From positions 140 through 64,139 of the IMG/VR virus record IMGVR_UViG_3300020045_013880: a stretch of 64,000 bases of DNA; one strand, 5' to 3'. The translations under genes were made by a program, and so were the position numbers. The notes beneath the pieces were generated by a model. It was not told where the DNA came from. It did no database searches and worked only from the letters and a program-made list of their open reading frames with translations. How positions within the stretch are numbered: the first letter of the stretch is position 1; every line of letters begins with the position of its first letter. Positions 10,326 through 20,085 of this stretch are shown piece by piece. This DNA comes from a virus.

Positions 10326-10652
10326 TTATTTGTTAATTTCTTGAAATCTATCAATTTCTGCGGCAATTAATGCACCTGCAATTATAAGCCTTTCTTTATA
10401 TTGCTTACTAAGCATCTTATTCCATTGCTCTACATTCCAACCGAATGGATGTTCTTTGTCATTATTTAGTCGAATAGAGCCTAAGCTCATAGAAAATCCA
10501 TCAAAACACATTCTTGGTCTGTCTAATAGTTTATTTGCTGCATCAGTAAGTTGCCAAATATCATTAACTAACACATCGTTTTCGATTGAATATTTATTAT
10601 TTTCTATTTGGTTTTTTCTTTCTTCTGAAATTAATTCTATTCCTGTTTTCAT
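10326..10652 (-). CDS. phage hypothetical protein
   Basis: GIELISEER..QIE and ERLIIAGALIAAEIDR segments. Confidence 0.65.
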   Translation of the reverse strand: MKTGIELISEERKNQIENNKYSIENDVLVNDIWQLTDAANKLLDRPRMCFDGFSMSLGSIRLNNDKEHPFGWNVEQWNKMLSKQYKERLIIAGALIAAEIDRFQEINK

Positions 10653-10783
10653 TTTATTTTAATTTTTTAGAACATTCTTCACAAATAATTTTTATTGGAG
10701 TATCCCAACTTCCTTGTGTATTTGTAGATGCTCCGCACATATCGCATCTTAACCAAGCAAATATTTTCTTTATTTTTTTCATT

Positions 10784-11188
10784 TTAAATTTGATTACGAT
10801 GAATCTTTAAGCCTTTTTCGTATGCTAAATCGTAAGATTCTACATCCGTATTACAATTCCAACATGAAGCCATCCAAAATTTTTCATCTAAATAAAGCTC
10901 TTCGCTGGATTTTCCTTTAGTGTGATGAATAACGGTAGCACCGCCAGTACATCGAGACAATTTCAATCCGCAAAACTTATTCTTTTCAAGAAATAGTTTT
11001 CTTTGCTTACTATATGACAATAAAGTTACTTTGCGTTTTTCGCTTGTTTGAGAGACTTTTTTCTTTGGGATGCAATTCTTACAAGTCGGAGGATTTGAAC
11101 GCCACAGAGGACGTTTTTGTCCGCAAATTGAGCATTCTTTTTGCTTCACATCTTTACTTCTTTGTGCATTTCTGCGATTTTCTCCCAT
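10784..11188 (-). CDS. zinc-finger / HNH-like nuclease
   Basis: CSICG, CKNC, C..KLSRC, IHHTKG, SCWNCN. Confidence 0.6.
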   Translation of the reverse strand: MGENRRNAQRSKDVKQKECSICGQKRPLWRSNPPTCKNCIPKKKVSQTSEKRKVTLLSYSKQRKLFLEKNKFCGLKLSRCTGGATVIHHTKGKSSEELYLDEKFWMASCWNCNTDVESYDLAYEKGLKIHRNQI

Positions 11189-11625
11189 TCAACAACTTTT
11201 TTCTTCCAACCTTCATCAATTTGATGTTTGGAAAGCCCCAAACTTACATGAATAAAGTCTTTGAATGTTGGGTAAGTATTTTTTAATGCAGTATTATTCA
11301 CTTCTTCCCCTGGCCATCTTAGTTGTAAGTCATGAATATAACTATCAATTAATTCCGCATTCATTAATGAAATCCAATTTGACCCAGAAATTGGCAGTCG
11401 TGCTGATTTCATAAATGCGTGGAGTTCCAAAATACGGAAGCCGTTAGCAACATTCTGTTTGACAAAAATCACTTTTGTCTCATTTATTTTCTTCAACTCT
11501 TCATCTGTTAGTTGAAATGCAGAAATTGCATCTAAAGAATCGTATGGCAAGTAAACACCGAATGCTTCTGTATTTATTGGATTTTCAAGAATTTCTGTTT
11601 GTTGTCTAAATTCAATCTGTTTCAT
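11146..11625 (-). CDS. hypothetical protein
   Basis: Overlaps both neighbours in the operon. Confidence 0.6.
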   Translation of the reverse strand: MKQIEFRQQTEILENPINTEAFGVYLPYDSLDAISAFQLTDEELKKINETKVIFVKQNVANGFRILELHAFMKSARLPISGSNWISLMNAELIDSYIHDLQLRWPGEEVNNTALKNTYPTFKDFIHVSLGLSKHQIDEGWKKKVVEWEKIAEMHKEVKM

Positions 11626-12383
11626 ATCTTTTTTCTAAGACTTGGTGAATCATTTGGGAAGTAAATTAAATTATGCGTTTCAAAAAACCTGTTTTTTTCT
11701 CTATCACCGTACTTGCTTGAAATTGTAACTTGATTGGTGTCTTGTGACTCCATATACAAATTCGTAGTGTAGTGAGTTTTACAGTCGTTGAATTTTGACA
11801 TATTGTATCTCAACATCAAAATCTCTCCAGCGGCAAGTACATTTTTATTTGAATACGATGAAGAGCCATCATCGTGACCTAAATCGTCCAAAAGAAAATT
11901 CTTTTTAGCTTTGAACTTATTCATCATTGCATAAGACTCTAATGCGAATCTTGCATCAAACTCCACACAAAAATCAATCGAAAAGTCTTTTTCTCTCCAG
12001 AATCTTTTTTCTTCTTCATTAATATCTGGGTGACTTACAAGAATAGCTATTGATTTCATAATAGCAATCATAATATCAGTCTTTCCGCATCCAATTGGCC
12101 CAACTAACAATATTGATTTGTCAAACTCATAATTTTCAGCACCTTTTCTTGTTTTATTCTCTTCTTTTAAGAAATATGGGTGTTCTGAGAAATACCACAA
12201 CAACAAATCAATTATTTTTCTATTATGTTCTGTAACTAAGAATTTTTTTTGATTTGTCTTTATAACATTGTCAAAATTCCATTTTACAAAATAAGCTAAG
12301 TGATTGTATCTTTCTTGATAATTTCCATAATCAACTGCCTTTTTTTCTAATGGCCGTAAAGACTCTAATAATTTATCAATCAT
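11622..12383 (-). CDS. AAA+ ATPase, DnaC/IstB-like helicase loader
   Basis: Walker A GPIGCGKT, Walker B LLDDLG, HYTTNL, KYGDR..NRF. Confidence 0.8.
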   Translation of the reverse strand: MIDKLLESLRPLEKKAVDYGNYQERYNHLAYFVKWNFDNVIKTNQKKFLVTEHNRKIIDLLLWYFSEHPYFLKEENKTRKGAENYEFDKSILLVGPIGCGKTDIMIAIMKSIAILVSHPDINEEEKRFWREKDFSIDFCVEFDARFALESYAMMNKFKAKKNFLLDDLGHDDGSSSYSNKNVLAAGEILMLRYNMSKFNDCKTHYTTNLYMESQDTNQVTISSKYGDREKNRFFETHNLIYFPNDSPSLRKKI

Positions 12384-12660
12384 AAAATATTACATTTTTT
12401 AGTGATTTCTTAATCATAAAAACCATCTCTTTCGATTCATACTTATAGAATCGTATTTCAGTATCTTTGACTTTCATGTATCTTTCTTTTTTGGATTTAA
12501 AGAAAGAAACTTCTTTCGAGTCAAATTCTCGCTCAATAATAAAAGGCAGTAGTAGAAGTATAGTATTGCTTGTTGATGCTATATGCGTCTCATTCTCTCC
12601 TATTTCTACTACTGACTTTAATTCTGTAATCATTGATTCAATTTTTGACTTCTGAATCAC
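12376..12660 (-). CDS. hypothetical protein
   Basis: Operon-packed ORF. Confidence 0.55.
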   Translation of the reverse strand: MIQKSKIESMITELKSVVEIGENETHIASTSNTILLLLPFIIEREFDSKEVSFFKSKKERYMKVKDTEIRFYKYESKEMVFMIKKSLKNVIFYD

Positions 12661-13409
12661 TTCTTCTTCGGTTTCAGATTAGAACTTTTCTTGTTCTTTT
12701 TTGGCTTAGGTAATTCTTCATCACCATCTTCTTCAAAAGATTCTAAATTTTCTGGAAAAGGAGCTTCGTCTTCTTCTTTTGGCTCGTACTGAGGGAGTAG
12801 TTTTTCTTGATGCTCTTCTAAAGCAAATGTTTCTTGCTCTTTCAATAGCAAAGAATCAGACTCTTCAACTTTTTTCTCTCTCTTCATAATAACTTCTCCG
12901 CCTTGGAAAATATCATACTGCGTGCCTGTCTTGTCGTAGTCTCCATCAATGTAGTCAGTGGATAAAATTTGGATATTCGATACAACCTCAGAAAGTTCTT
13001 TGTTGTACTCGTACTGAGACGAATCAGAAACAACAAAATACGGAGTGGTCAAGTCCATGAACTTATCAGAAAACTCTAACTTCTTTCTTCCAAACAGTTT
13101 TACTTCGGTGTCGTCTTTTACACGAATAGCAAAACCGATTGCTTGACAATTCTCAAAAAGTTCTGGCAACAAACCTTTTTCGTCTTCTTTCATAGAACAG
13201 TTGTCAAAATCAGTTAAAATATCAAACTCGCACAAAAAAGGAACATGTAGCGAAAGTTGCCTAATTGCATTCACAAGCTCTTTCTTAGGTCTGTGAGGAA
13301 ACGAAACCTTGTGTTTTTCTACTTTCATCGAAACGCTTTCTGCGTATGCGATATCAAGTCCACCAGTCTTTAAATTGACTACTAATTGTAATACTTCTAA
13401 ATTTCTCAT
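12657..13409 (-). CDS. hypothetical protein with acidic then basic C-terminal tail
   Basis: 250 aa ORF in the operon. Confidence 0.65.
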   Translation of the reverse strand: MRNLEVLQLVVNLKTGGLDIAYAESVSMKVEKHKVSFPHRPKKELVNAIRQLSLHVPFLCEFDILTDFDNCSMKEDEKGLLPELFENCQAIGFAIRVKDDTEVKLFGRKKLEFSDKFMDLTTPYFVVSDSSQYEYNKELSEVVSNIQILSTDYIDGDYDKTGTQYDIFQGGEVIMKREKKVEESDSLLLKEQETFALEEHQEKLLPQYEPKEEDEAPFPENLESFEEDGDEELPKPKKNKKSSNLKPKKK

Positions 13410-13607
13410 TTTTTGAATTTTGTTTAAATGAATTTTAAATTTGATGGAAGAACTTCGTGAACGAGTCCATCACTCGTTTCTACTATTGCTATTGTTTCTT
13501 GAATAGGATTACCATGAAAAAAAATTATTCTATTTCCCCATGTGTGAAAAATTCCTTCTTTTTCTTCTATAAAATGAAGAATTACACATTTTCTTTTTTT
13601 CATATTA

Positions 13608-13838
13608 TTAATATAAAGGTTCGATTAATTTAGCCCAGAAAATTACATTGAAAATTTCAAAATCGTTTGAGTCATAAAACTCAAAATACTTATTTCCATC
13701 CACAACTCCTTCGTATGCACGAGCAATTGAGTAATTTCCATTTTTGTCAAAAACTAAAACAAAATTACTTCTCAGTCCATCCCAATTGCCAGATTCAAAA
13801 CAATTAGGCTTTTGTCTTTTAATGTCAATCCATTTCAT
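13608..13838 (-). CDS. DUF551-like small protein
   Basis: MKWIDIK..KP ... VIFWAKL..P pattern. Confidence 0.6.
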   Translation of the reverse strand: MKWIDIKRQKPNCFESGNWDGLRSNFVLVFDKNGNYSIARAYEGVVDGNKYFEFYDSNDFEIFNVIFWAKLIEPLY

Positions 13839-13840
13839 GT

Positions 13841-14128
13841 CTACATTTGATTAATTTCACGCATCACTAATGATTTTGTTTGTTGATTTGCACCGATTGA
13901 TAACATATCAAATATGTGATTTTGTTGGTCAGTACTAAGAATAAAGAACTCTCCAATAAAACCTACTTTTTCATTTAAGTCTATTTGTCTAAATTCAAAG
14001 TGAGATTCTATAATCTCAAATATCTTATCTTTTAATCTGACCTTAGCAGCTTCTTCCAAAGGAACTCTACAATTTTTGTAGTATTCAATTTCTTCTTCTG
14101 AGAAAACAATATCAAATCCTATTTTCAT
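13841..14128 (-). CDS. hypothetical protein
   Basis: Operon-packed ORF. Confidence 0.55.
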   Translation of the reverse strand: MKIGFDIVFSEEEIEYYKNCRVPLEEAAKVRLKDKIFEIIESHFEFRQIDLNEKVGFIGEFFILSTDQQNHIFDMLSIGANQQTKSLVMREINQM

Positions 14129-14922
14129 AGTCCTTCATCATCGGCAGCTCTAACTGCGATTACTTTTTTAGTTGAAACTTCTTTCTTTCTAAAATCACGA
14201 GATTTTATAAAATCTGGCTCACGATAAAACTTATTACTCAAATATTTATTAGTATCGCAAATATATTGAACGTCAGTAATTACAGCCATGTAAAGTTTTG
14301 AATGCTCAATAATTTCTCTCTGCTCTGACTCTTTATAAGAGTTGAACTTTTTCATCGCTTTTTCTTTGCCGACTTTCTTTTTCCAAATTGACCACCACTC
14401 GTTAAAAAGTGCGTTGTCTTTGGGGGGGGCGGGCGGAACTGGGGGGGTGTTTTTTTGAAATTCGTTAATAAGGAAATTTTTATTATCCTCTGTCAATCCA
14501 AATTCTTTTGGATTTTCTATAATAGTATTTGTATTACTATTTGTATTAGAATTTGTAATAGAGTCACTCATTTCGGTTTTTCCATTTACTGAAAAACGTG
14601 AATGGAAATTCGCATTTAGGAAAATGCTTTCATCAAAAAAAGCGTACCAAATCGTCCTGTCATAAGCACTATTATTATAGTTTCCTGTGATTAAAACGTT
14701 CTGATTTACGAGACTTTTTACGTAGTTTTCTACTTGTCTGTGACTCCAGTACGGGAACAATTCTGATAAAGCCTTGATTGAATTATAAGTCCAAAATCTA
14801 CCATCGTAATGATGTTTTTTATTTGCTTTGTTCTTTAAAATCCAATACTGAAAGTTTTTAATCAAAATCGCTTCTTGTAATCCGAACATTTCTGCGGCTT
14901 CTATGTCAAATGAGTGTTCCAT
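14125..14922 (-). CDS. replication initiator / replisome organizer
   Basis: HSFDIE.A...GL.EAILI..FQYWI..NKANKKH.YDGR.WTYNS winged-helix N-terminus, TNSNTNSNTN linker, FNEWW..W.KK.GK C-domain; upstream of the DnaC-like gene. Confidence 0.75.
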   Translation of the reverse strand: MEHSFDIEAAEMFGLQEAILIKNFQYWILKNKANKKHHYDGRFWTYNSIKALSELFPYWSHRQVENYVKSLVNQNVLITGNYNNSAYDRTIWYAFFDESIFLNANFHSRFSVNGKTEMSDSITNSNTNSNTNTIIENPKEFGLTEDNKNFLINEFQKNTPPVPPAPPKDNALFNEWWSIWKKKVGKEKAMKKFNSYKESEQREIIEHSKLYMAVITDVQYICDTNKYLSNKFYREPDFIKSRDFRKKEVSTKKVIAVRAADDEGL

Positions 14923-14960
14923 TTAATTAGTGCAAGATTGAAAGATGATAAAAAATAAAA

Positions 14961-15194
14961 TTAATGTGGCGACTGCTCTTTCGAGCGTAGTGACTTTAAA
15001 AGGCTTGTTAGAATCGTAAAGATTCCACCGATTACTAATGCGATTATCCATAAGCATCCAACTATTAAAGAGGTTATAAAAACTAATATTCCTAAAAGCA
15101 CGAAAGGAATGAATAAAACTATTTTACTGTGCTTTGTTCTTACGAGCCATACTCCGAAGCTCTCTGTCAACGGTAATTTGTTTTCTTTGTTCAT
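14961..15194 (-). CDS. small membrane protein
   Basis: About 40 consecutive mostly hydrophobic residues. Confidence 0.55.
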   Translation of the reverse strand: MNKENKLPLTESFGVWLVRTKHSKIVLFIPFVLLGILVFITSLIVGCLWIIALVIGGIFTILTSLLKSLRSKEQSPH

Positions 15195-15498
15195 TTTTTT
15201 TATAAGTTTCCATTGTTTTTGCTATTTCAAAGTACATTGTATTCCAGTCATTGTATCGAGATTGCTCATTAGATTTGAGCCTTAAATATTCTGCATGATG
15301 GAAATTTGCTATCAAGCATCTTTCAAGTTTTTCAAGAGTCGACTCTGGTAGTCTGCAATTAAAGTTAGGCTCTAATTTTAGAAACTCATTTGTAAACTCA
15401 AAAAATCTATCAGGCATTTGATTAATTACATTTCTCTTTTTTAAGAAAATCATTAATTGATAAAATTCCCCTTTTATATTGTTGCTATATAAAAACAT
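15124..15498 (-). CDS. hypothetical protein, first gene of the leftward operon
   Basis: ORF just downstream of the leftward promoter; start uncertain. Confidence 0.5.
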   Translation of the reverse strand: MFLYSNNIKGEFYQLMIFLKKRNVINQMPDRFFEFTNEFLKLEPNFNCRLPESTLEKLERCLIANFHHAEYLRLKSNEQSRYNDWNTMYFEIAKTMETYKKNEQRKQITVDRELRSMARKNKAQ

Positions 15499-15521
15499 TG
15501 ATGTTTGTTTCTTGTTGTTTG

Positions 15522-15661
15522 CAAAGTACTATAATTTAATAATAAAAAACAAGCAAAAGAGTAATTATTTTATATTATTTTATATTACATACAATATAAT
15601 GAAGTATTTATGAAAATATAATAAAATATCTTGTTTATATCATTTTAATTTACTTACTTTG
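15522..15661. promoter_or_regulatory. divergent promoter pair, Bacteroidota -33/-7 type
   Basis: Minus strand: TTG(15552-15550)-N20-GTACTTTG. Plus strand: TTG(15631)-N20-TTACTTTG. Both have CTTGTTT at -33; AT-rich gap between divergent operons. Confidence 0.6.
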
Positions 15662-15696
15662 TTTTATAATTCTGACAAATTAAACAAAGCAAGCAA

Positions 15697-15933
15697 ATGA
15701 AAGCAAATGTGACATTATCTGATATTCAATTTGAGGTACAATTAGATTTATCAGACTCGGAAAATCCGATAGTAAAAAAAGTTTCATTAGGAGGTATGGA
15801 CTTTACGAAGTTTATATTCGACAATGAGCTTCACGAAGAAATAGTAGATAAGTTAGGAAAAGAAATATCGAATTATAATTACAACCAAAAACAAGAACAT
15901 GATGAAAGAATCAGAGATTTTTATACAAAATAA
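15697..15933 (+). CDS. hypothetical protein
   Basis: First ORF of the rightward operon. Confidence 0.6.
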   Translation: MKANVTLSDIQFEVQLDLSDSENPIVKKVSLGGMDFTKFIFDNELHEEIVDKLGKEISNYNYNQKQEHDERIRDFYTK

Positions 15934-16522
15934 TTATGATGAAGAATATGCTGTTTGGTTAAAGACAGCATTTCCAAAATCAGTAAATAGAAATATTGTA
16001 AACTCTTGGAAAACGAGAGGTTCTATTCCAAGATTTTACTATTTCGTTTCTCCAGTAGAAATTCATGGGATTCCATTGAATGCTTTATTGCTATTTGAAG
16101 GTCATTCTCAGAAAGATGTAGCAAATGAATTGGGAATTGCAAGGCCTAACTTTAGTCAGTATTTGATTAAAGGAGATATGCCAACAAAGTATGTTGAAAT
16201 TCTTAAAAAGAAATACGCTTCTTATAAAAACAAAAAAGATTTAGTTCCAAAAATTAAAGTTGTCCATGACAAACATTATTTTTTAGAGTATGAATCTGAC
16301 TTAATTCATTTGAAGGCCGCTCACTCAGCTCAGACTAAAAATAGAGGTAGTTTGTTTTTCTCAAAAACTATGTTTGTTGATGGTCGTGTTTCTGATAAAG
16401 AAATTGATGGAGTAGAGTATAATGATTTCATCAAAAAAGAAAATGTGCAAGAAGTGACTTTGAAAAAAGTTAAGACCGCACTAAAAGCTGCGAATAAATT
16501 ACTTTTAAATATAAACATCTAA
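15899..16522 (+). CDS. XRE/Cro-type HTH protein
   Basis: SQKDVANELGIARPNFSQYL helix-turn-helix. Confidence 0.65.
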   Translation: MMKESEIFIQNNYDEEYAVWLKTAFPKSVNRNIVNSWKTRGSIPRFYYFVSPVEIHGIPLNALLLFEGHSQKDVANELGIARPNFSQYLIKGDMPTKYVEILKKKYASYKNKKDLVPKIKVVHDKHYFLEYESDLIHLKAAHSAQTKNRGSLFFSKTMFVDGRVSDKEIDGVEYNDFIKKENVQEVTLKKVKTALKAANKLLLNINI

Positions 16523-16533
16523 CAAATAAGAAA

Positions 16534-17628
16534 ATGGCAGTAAAGAAAGAATACGATATTTTCTCTAATAAATCTCAATTAGAGTGGTGTGAATGGAGTA
16601 GTGGCAAAATTGCTCCACGTGGAACTATCTGGAGGAGAATGAACCATGACAATCATCGTTTCTATTTTTCTCGTATTGATGGAGAAATTGCTATCGGTTG
16701 TGGAATCACTACCGCTATTGATAAATCTCATGGAGAGTCTATTTACATTAGACAATGGAAAGACAAAACTCCAAACTGGCCACAAGAGTTAAAAATTCGT
16801 GCTGACTATGGAACGCTTTGCCATACTGGATTAGCAGAACTTGCCAAAAATGGGAAAATACCAAAATACTTGTCAGAAATTGCCGACGAAGTTTTCAATA
16901 AGAAAAAGCAGTTTTTGAAAGATATGCTTTGTTTGAAGAAATTCATCATTGATTACAAAGTAGAATTTCATTTTATTGAAGGTATTCTTGGAAAAGAAAT
17001 TGTATTGCCAAATGGAAAGAAATGTTACATCTGTTCTGCGATTGATGTTTTCTGTTCAATGTTTGTTCCTGTAAAAGTAAAAAAACAAGTTCAAATCGGT
17101 GTATATGTCAAAGGGAAAAACAAAGGACAGCCAAAATATGAAACTCAAACAGTAGAGTCAATTGAGGAAACTCTCGCTATTCTTGATTTGAAATCAAACT
17201 GGTTTGCTGATGAAGAAAAAACTTTCTACGACTCTCACAAACAACAATTGATTTTTGGAAGAGAATTAATTTGCTCAACATTCGGAATAGAAGAAGAAAC
17301 CGAAGTAAAAATGTATAATATTTCTACTTCTGGATGGAAGACAGAGCCAAAGTATATCCTTAAACAGCATTTTAATGAAGAAAATGACTGGGGTTATAGT
17401 GATAAGCAGTTGCTCAACAATCGCTTAAATACTGCAATTATGGAAGGAAACGTTCAGCCGAAAGGACAAATTTTCTTAATTGAAGACGAAATTTCTTTGG
17501 AGTCAGAAAATGACTATATGACTATGAGTTATGAAGAATTAGCCGAAAAAACTCTAATTGATATAGAAATGGAAAACAAAAAAAGAAATGAGCAATCTAA
17601 CCGAAGCGAAGAAAACGAGAGTAAGTAA
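16534..17628 (+). CDS. PD-(D/E)XK exonuclease (recombination)
   Basis: A.YGT.CH, FIEG, AIDV, ILDLKS and QQL motifs. Confidence 0.7.
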   Translation: MAVKKEYDIFSNKSQLEWCEWSSGKIAPRGTIWRRMNHDNHRFYFSRIDGEIAIGCGITTAIDKSHGESIYIRQWKDKTPNWPQELKIRADYGTLCHTGLAELAKNGKIPKYLSEIADEVFNKKKQFLKDMLCLKKFIIDYKVEFHFIEGILGKEIVLPNGKKCYICSAIDVFCSMFVPVKVKKQVQIGVYVKGKNKGQPKYETQTVESIEETLAILDLKSNWFADEEKTFYDSHKQQLIFGRELICSTFGIEEETEVKMYNISTSGWKTEPKYILKQHFNEENDWGYSDKQLLNNRLNTAIMEGNVQPKGQIFLIEDEISLESENDYMTMSYEELAEKTLIDIEMENKKRNEQSNRSEENESK

Positions 17629-17690
17629 AGCAAAAAGGATAGAGTATGAATCGTATAGAAATAGATGGTACTTAATTAAATCTAAAATAG

Positions 17691-17879
17691 ATGAAAGTAG
17701 AAATAAAAATTGAGTGCGATGATATTCAAGATTTAAAAATGCACTTATCAGTTATCCGTGGGCAGATACTAAACAGAGCTAAAAAGTTTCAAACTGACGA
17801 TGACGTTCCAGAAAGTATAATGAACTTTGAAGACTCTAATTGTTATGGAAGCCACGAAGTTAAATTTACTGGAATATGA
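17691..17879 (+). CDS. hypothetical protein
   Basis: ATGA overlap with the next gene. Confidence 0.55.
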   Translation: MKVEIKIECDDIQDLKMHLSVIRGQILNRAKKFQTDDDVPESIMNFEDSNCYGSHEVKFTGI

Positions 17880-18130
17880 ATCAGAAAATAGCAAAATTAG
17901 CTTTAGGTTTTACATATCCTTCCTTATTTAAGGATATTCTAAAACAAATATCTCAAACTCCAGATTCAGAGAATGAACAGTCTTTGAAAATTTTCTTAGA
18001 AAATCAAAGCCAATTATCTGAAATAGAAAAAGACTTTCTTATTGGAGAGCATTGCAAAGTTGAGTTTAACAACTCAGAAGAAAAGCCTTATTACGTAATT
18101 AGTTGGAATAATTTTATACACATTAAATAA
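17876..18130 (+). CDS. hypothetical protein
   Basis: Operon-packed ORF. Confidence 0.55.
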   Translation: MNQKIAKLALGFTYPSLFKDILKQISQTPDSENEQSLKIFLENQSQLSEIEKDFLIGEHCKVEFNNSEEKPYYVISWNNFIHIK

Positions 18131-18137
18131 CAAAAAA

Positions 18138-18959
18138 ATGAGTGATTGGAGACAAAAAATGAAAGAAGAATCAAAAGGTTCTGACTTTCCAAAATTAGAT
18201 ATTTTAACAAGATTGCACCCGAAAACAATCGAAAATTCTCAATGTTTGACATTTTTCACAAAAGATGAAAATGGAAACTCTATGCAAAAAAAGATTTCTG
18301 AAATTGAAGGAATTTTAATTGGTTCGTATAAAGTTTATACTGCATTCTCTCAGACAGAAAACAGGTCATATACTACTACGCCATTCTTCGACAAAACAAA
18401 TCAAGTTAAGATTTTCACAACAAAGCAAGGAGATAAAGTAGATTTCAAAGGAACTGCTACCGAAGCCCAAGATTGGATTTTCTTGAAAACAAAATCTACT
18501 GTTAAAATGCACTTAGTGCTTGTATTTTTGAGAGAGAAAGGATTTATTACGGTTGAGACAAATATGTCTCTTGGAATTTGTTTAATGTCTCGTATTGGAG
18601 AATCTCGTATGCAATACTTAGTTTCGGTAAAAGCGAAACTATACGACCCAAATGATTTCAAGAAAGACAAGTTGCCAGAAAACTTTAAAAAGATGGCTGA
18701 GAAAAACAAGCCTACTTATGCTGATTTGATTGTAACTACAAAAGAAATCGACCAAAATATCTCTGATTCTTATAGAATCAACGAGCAATATGATAAATAC
18801 ATCGAGTACAAGAAGTTTGTGATTAATGGGAATGCTGCGGTAGTTGAAGAAGAAAAAGACGAACTCGAAAACGAGCAAATCCCAGCTTCGAGTGATTACA
18901 ATTTTACTAATCAGTCTGTTTCTCCAGCAATTAGTGACGACGATAATTTGCCGTTCTAA
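18138..18959 (+). CDS. putative single-stranded DNA-binding protein
   Basis: Acidic C-terminal tail DDDNLPF; follows the exonuclease. Confidence 0.6.
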   Translation: MSDWRQKMKEESKGSDFPKLDILTRLHPKTIENSQCLTFFTKDENGNSMQKKISEIEGILIGSYKVYTAFSQTENRSYTTTPFFDKTNQVKIFTTKQGDKVDFKGTATEAQDWIFLKTKSTVKMHLVLVFLREKGFITVETNMSLGICLMSRIGESRMQYLVSVKAKLYDPNDFKKDKLPENFKKMAEKNKPTYADLIVTTKEIDQNISDSYRINEQYDKYIEYKKFVINGNAAVVEEEKDELENEQIPASSDYNFTNQSVSPAISDDDNLPF

Positions 18960-18967
18960 TTTCCAAT

Positions 18968-18995
18968 AAAAAAGCTCCAGAAATGGGGCTTTTTT
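18968..18995 (+). terminator. intrinsic terminator
   Basis: AAAAAGCTCCA-GAAA-TGGGGCTTTTTT. Confidence 0.75.
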
Positions 18996-19012
18996 AATTA
19001 AAAAAAGAAAAA

Positions 19013-19459
19013 ATGTTAGCAACTATAAACACTGATGCCAGTTATTCAAAATTAACAAAACAAGCGACTTTCGCATTTTGGATAAAGACAGATATGTACA
19101 CAATTAAGCGTAGCGGAGTTATTAAGTCACTTTGCGATACTTCTACCGAAGCTGAGTTAAAGTGCATTATAAACGCCATTTATACGATTTCTGAGCAAAC
19201 TGGAATAACTGAAATTATCCTAAATACTGACAGCTTAAATTCAATCCATATTTTAACAAAAGATATTAAGAATATTAGGAAATATAGATTGCATTGGGGC
19301 GACAAATATTTGAAAATGGTGGAATCTATCATAAAAAACATAAAGATTGATTACAGGCACGTAAAAGCACATAATGACACAGATTCAAGAAGAACTTATG
19401 TTAACGATTGGTGTGATAAAGCGGCTAAAGAACAAATGGGTAAAATAATATGTAAGTAA
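19013..19459 (+). CDS. ribonuclease HI-like protein
   Basis: NTDAS, EAEL, NTDS, HVKAH and NDWCDKAAK (DEDD catalytic set). Confidence 0.85.
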   Translation: MLATINTDASYSKLTKQATFAFWIKTDMYTIKRSGVIKSLCDTSTEAELKCIINAIYTISEQTGITEIILNTDSLNSIHILTKDIKNIRKYRLHWGDKYLKMVESIIKNIKIDYRHVKAHNDTDSRRTYVNDWCDKAAKEQMGKIICK

Positions 19460-19504
19460 CTTTTTAAAAAGCCATTTATGTGGCGTTATAAGTAAATTAC
19501 AACT

Positions 19505-19660
19505 ATGAAAAAAACCAAAAAACAAAAAAAATATCCTCTAAAAAAAGATATTATTTACGCAACACGTAATGAGATTGAAAAACTTCATACTGAACTAAAT
19601 ATTGTTCCATTTGTCTTTACCGACCATTTAGCTGGAAAAGAATGGAATTATGGAGAATAA
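19505..19660 (+). CDS. small hypothetical protein (51 aa), first cassette-like gene
   Basis: MKKTKKQKKYPL...WNYGE*, below the ORF-track cutoff; its stop is 3 nt before site 1. Confidence 0.5.
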   Translation: MKKTKKQKKYPLKKDIIYATRNEIEKLHTELNIVPFVFTDHLAGKEWNYGE

Positions 19661-19663
19661 TTT

Positions 19664-19743
19664 TCCCAACTGGGGCAATTATGCTGACGAAGTGAGCAAG
19701 GAACGCAGCCCTGCTCGCTTTGACACTAATTGCATAGTTGGAA
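19664..19743 (+). repeat. attC-like site 1
   Basis: TCCCAAC-TGGG-GCAATTA...TAATTGC-ATA-GTTGGAA, 80 bp. Confidence 0.75.
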
Positions 19744-19837
19744 GAAAACAAGCGTAGCGACCCCGCTAATCGAGCATCGAAGACGCAAGATTAGCTTAAT
19801 GATTTTAAAATAAGACTATAAACGAAGCGGCTTCGTA

Positions 19838-20065
19838 ATGTCGCAAGTGATTATGAGTGAAGTATTTAGCGTAAAAGATAAATTACCAAACGTAGAGTGT
19901 GGAAGTTTTTTAGTGTTCGCACCAAAAAGTTTCCCTAAAAATAGTCGGTGGTTGGTAGCTGAATATTACGACGATGTAAAAGGATTTTACAGTGAATCGT
20001 CTGAAAACTTTTTAGACGATGTTACGCACTGGTCTAATTTACCTGAAGAACCAAAATTAGCATAA
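19838..20065 (+). CDS. DUF551-like cassette gene
   Basis: FSVKDKLP ... VTHWSNLPEEP. Confidence 0.7.
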   Translation: MSQVIMSEVFSVKDKLPNVECGSFLVFAPKSFPKNSRWLVAEYYDDVKGFYSESSENFLDDVTHWSNLPEEPKLA

Positions 20066-20085
20066 TACGAAAAACTAAAATAAAG

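Noticed and set aside
19684-19726. Hammerhead ribozyme core (CTGACGA) in site 1
   Set aside because: No GAAA follows the stem, and the motif is absent from the other eight sites.
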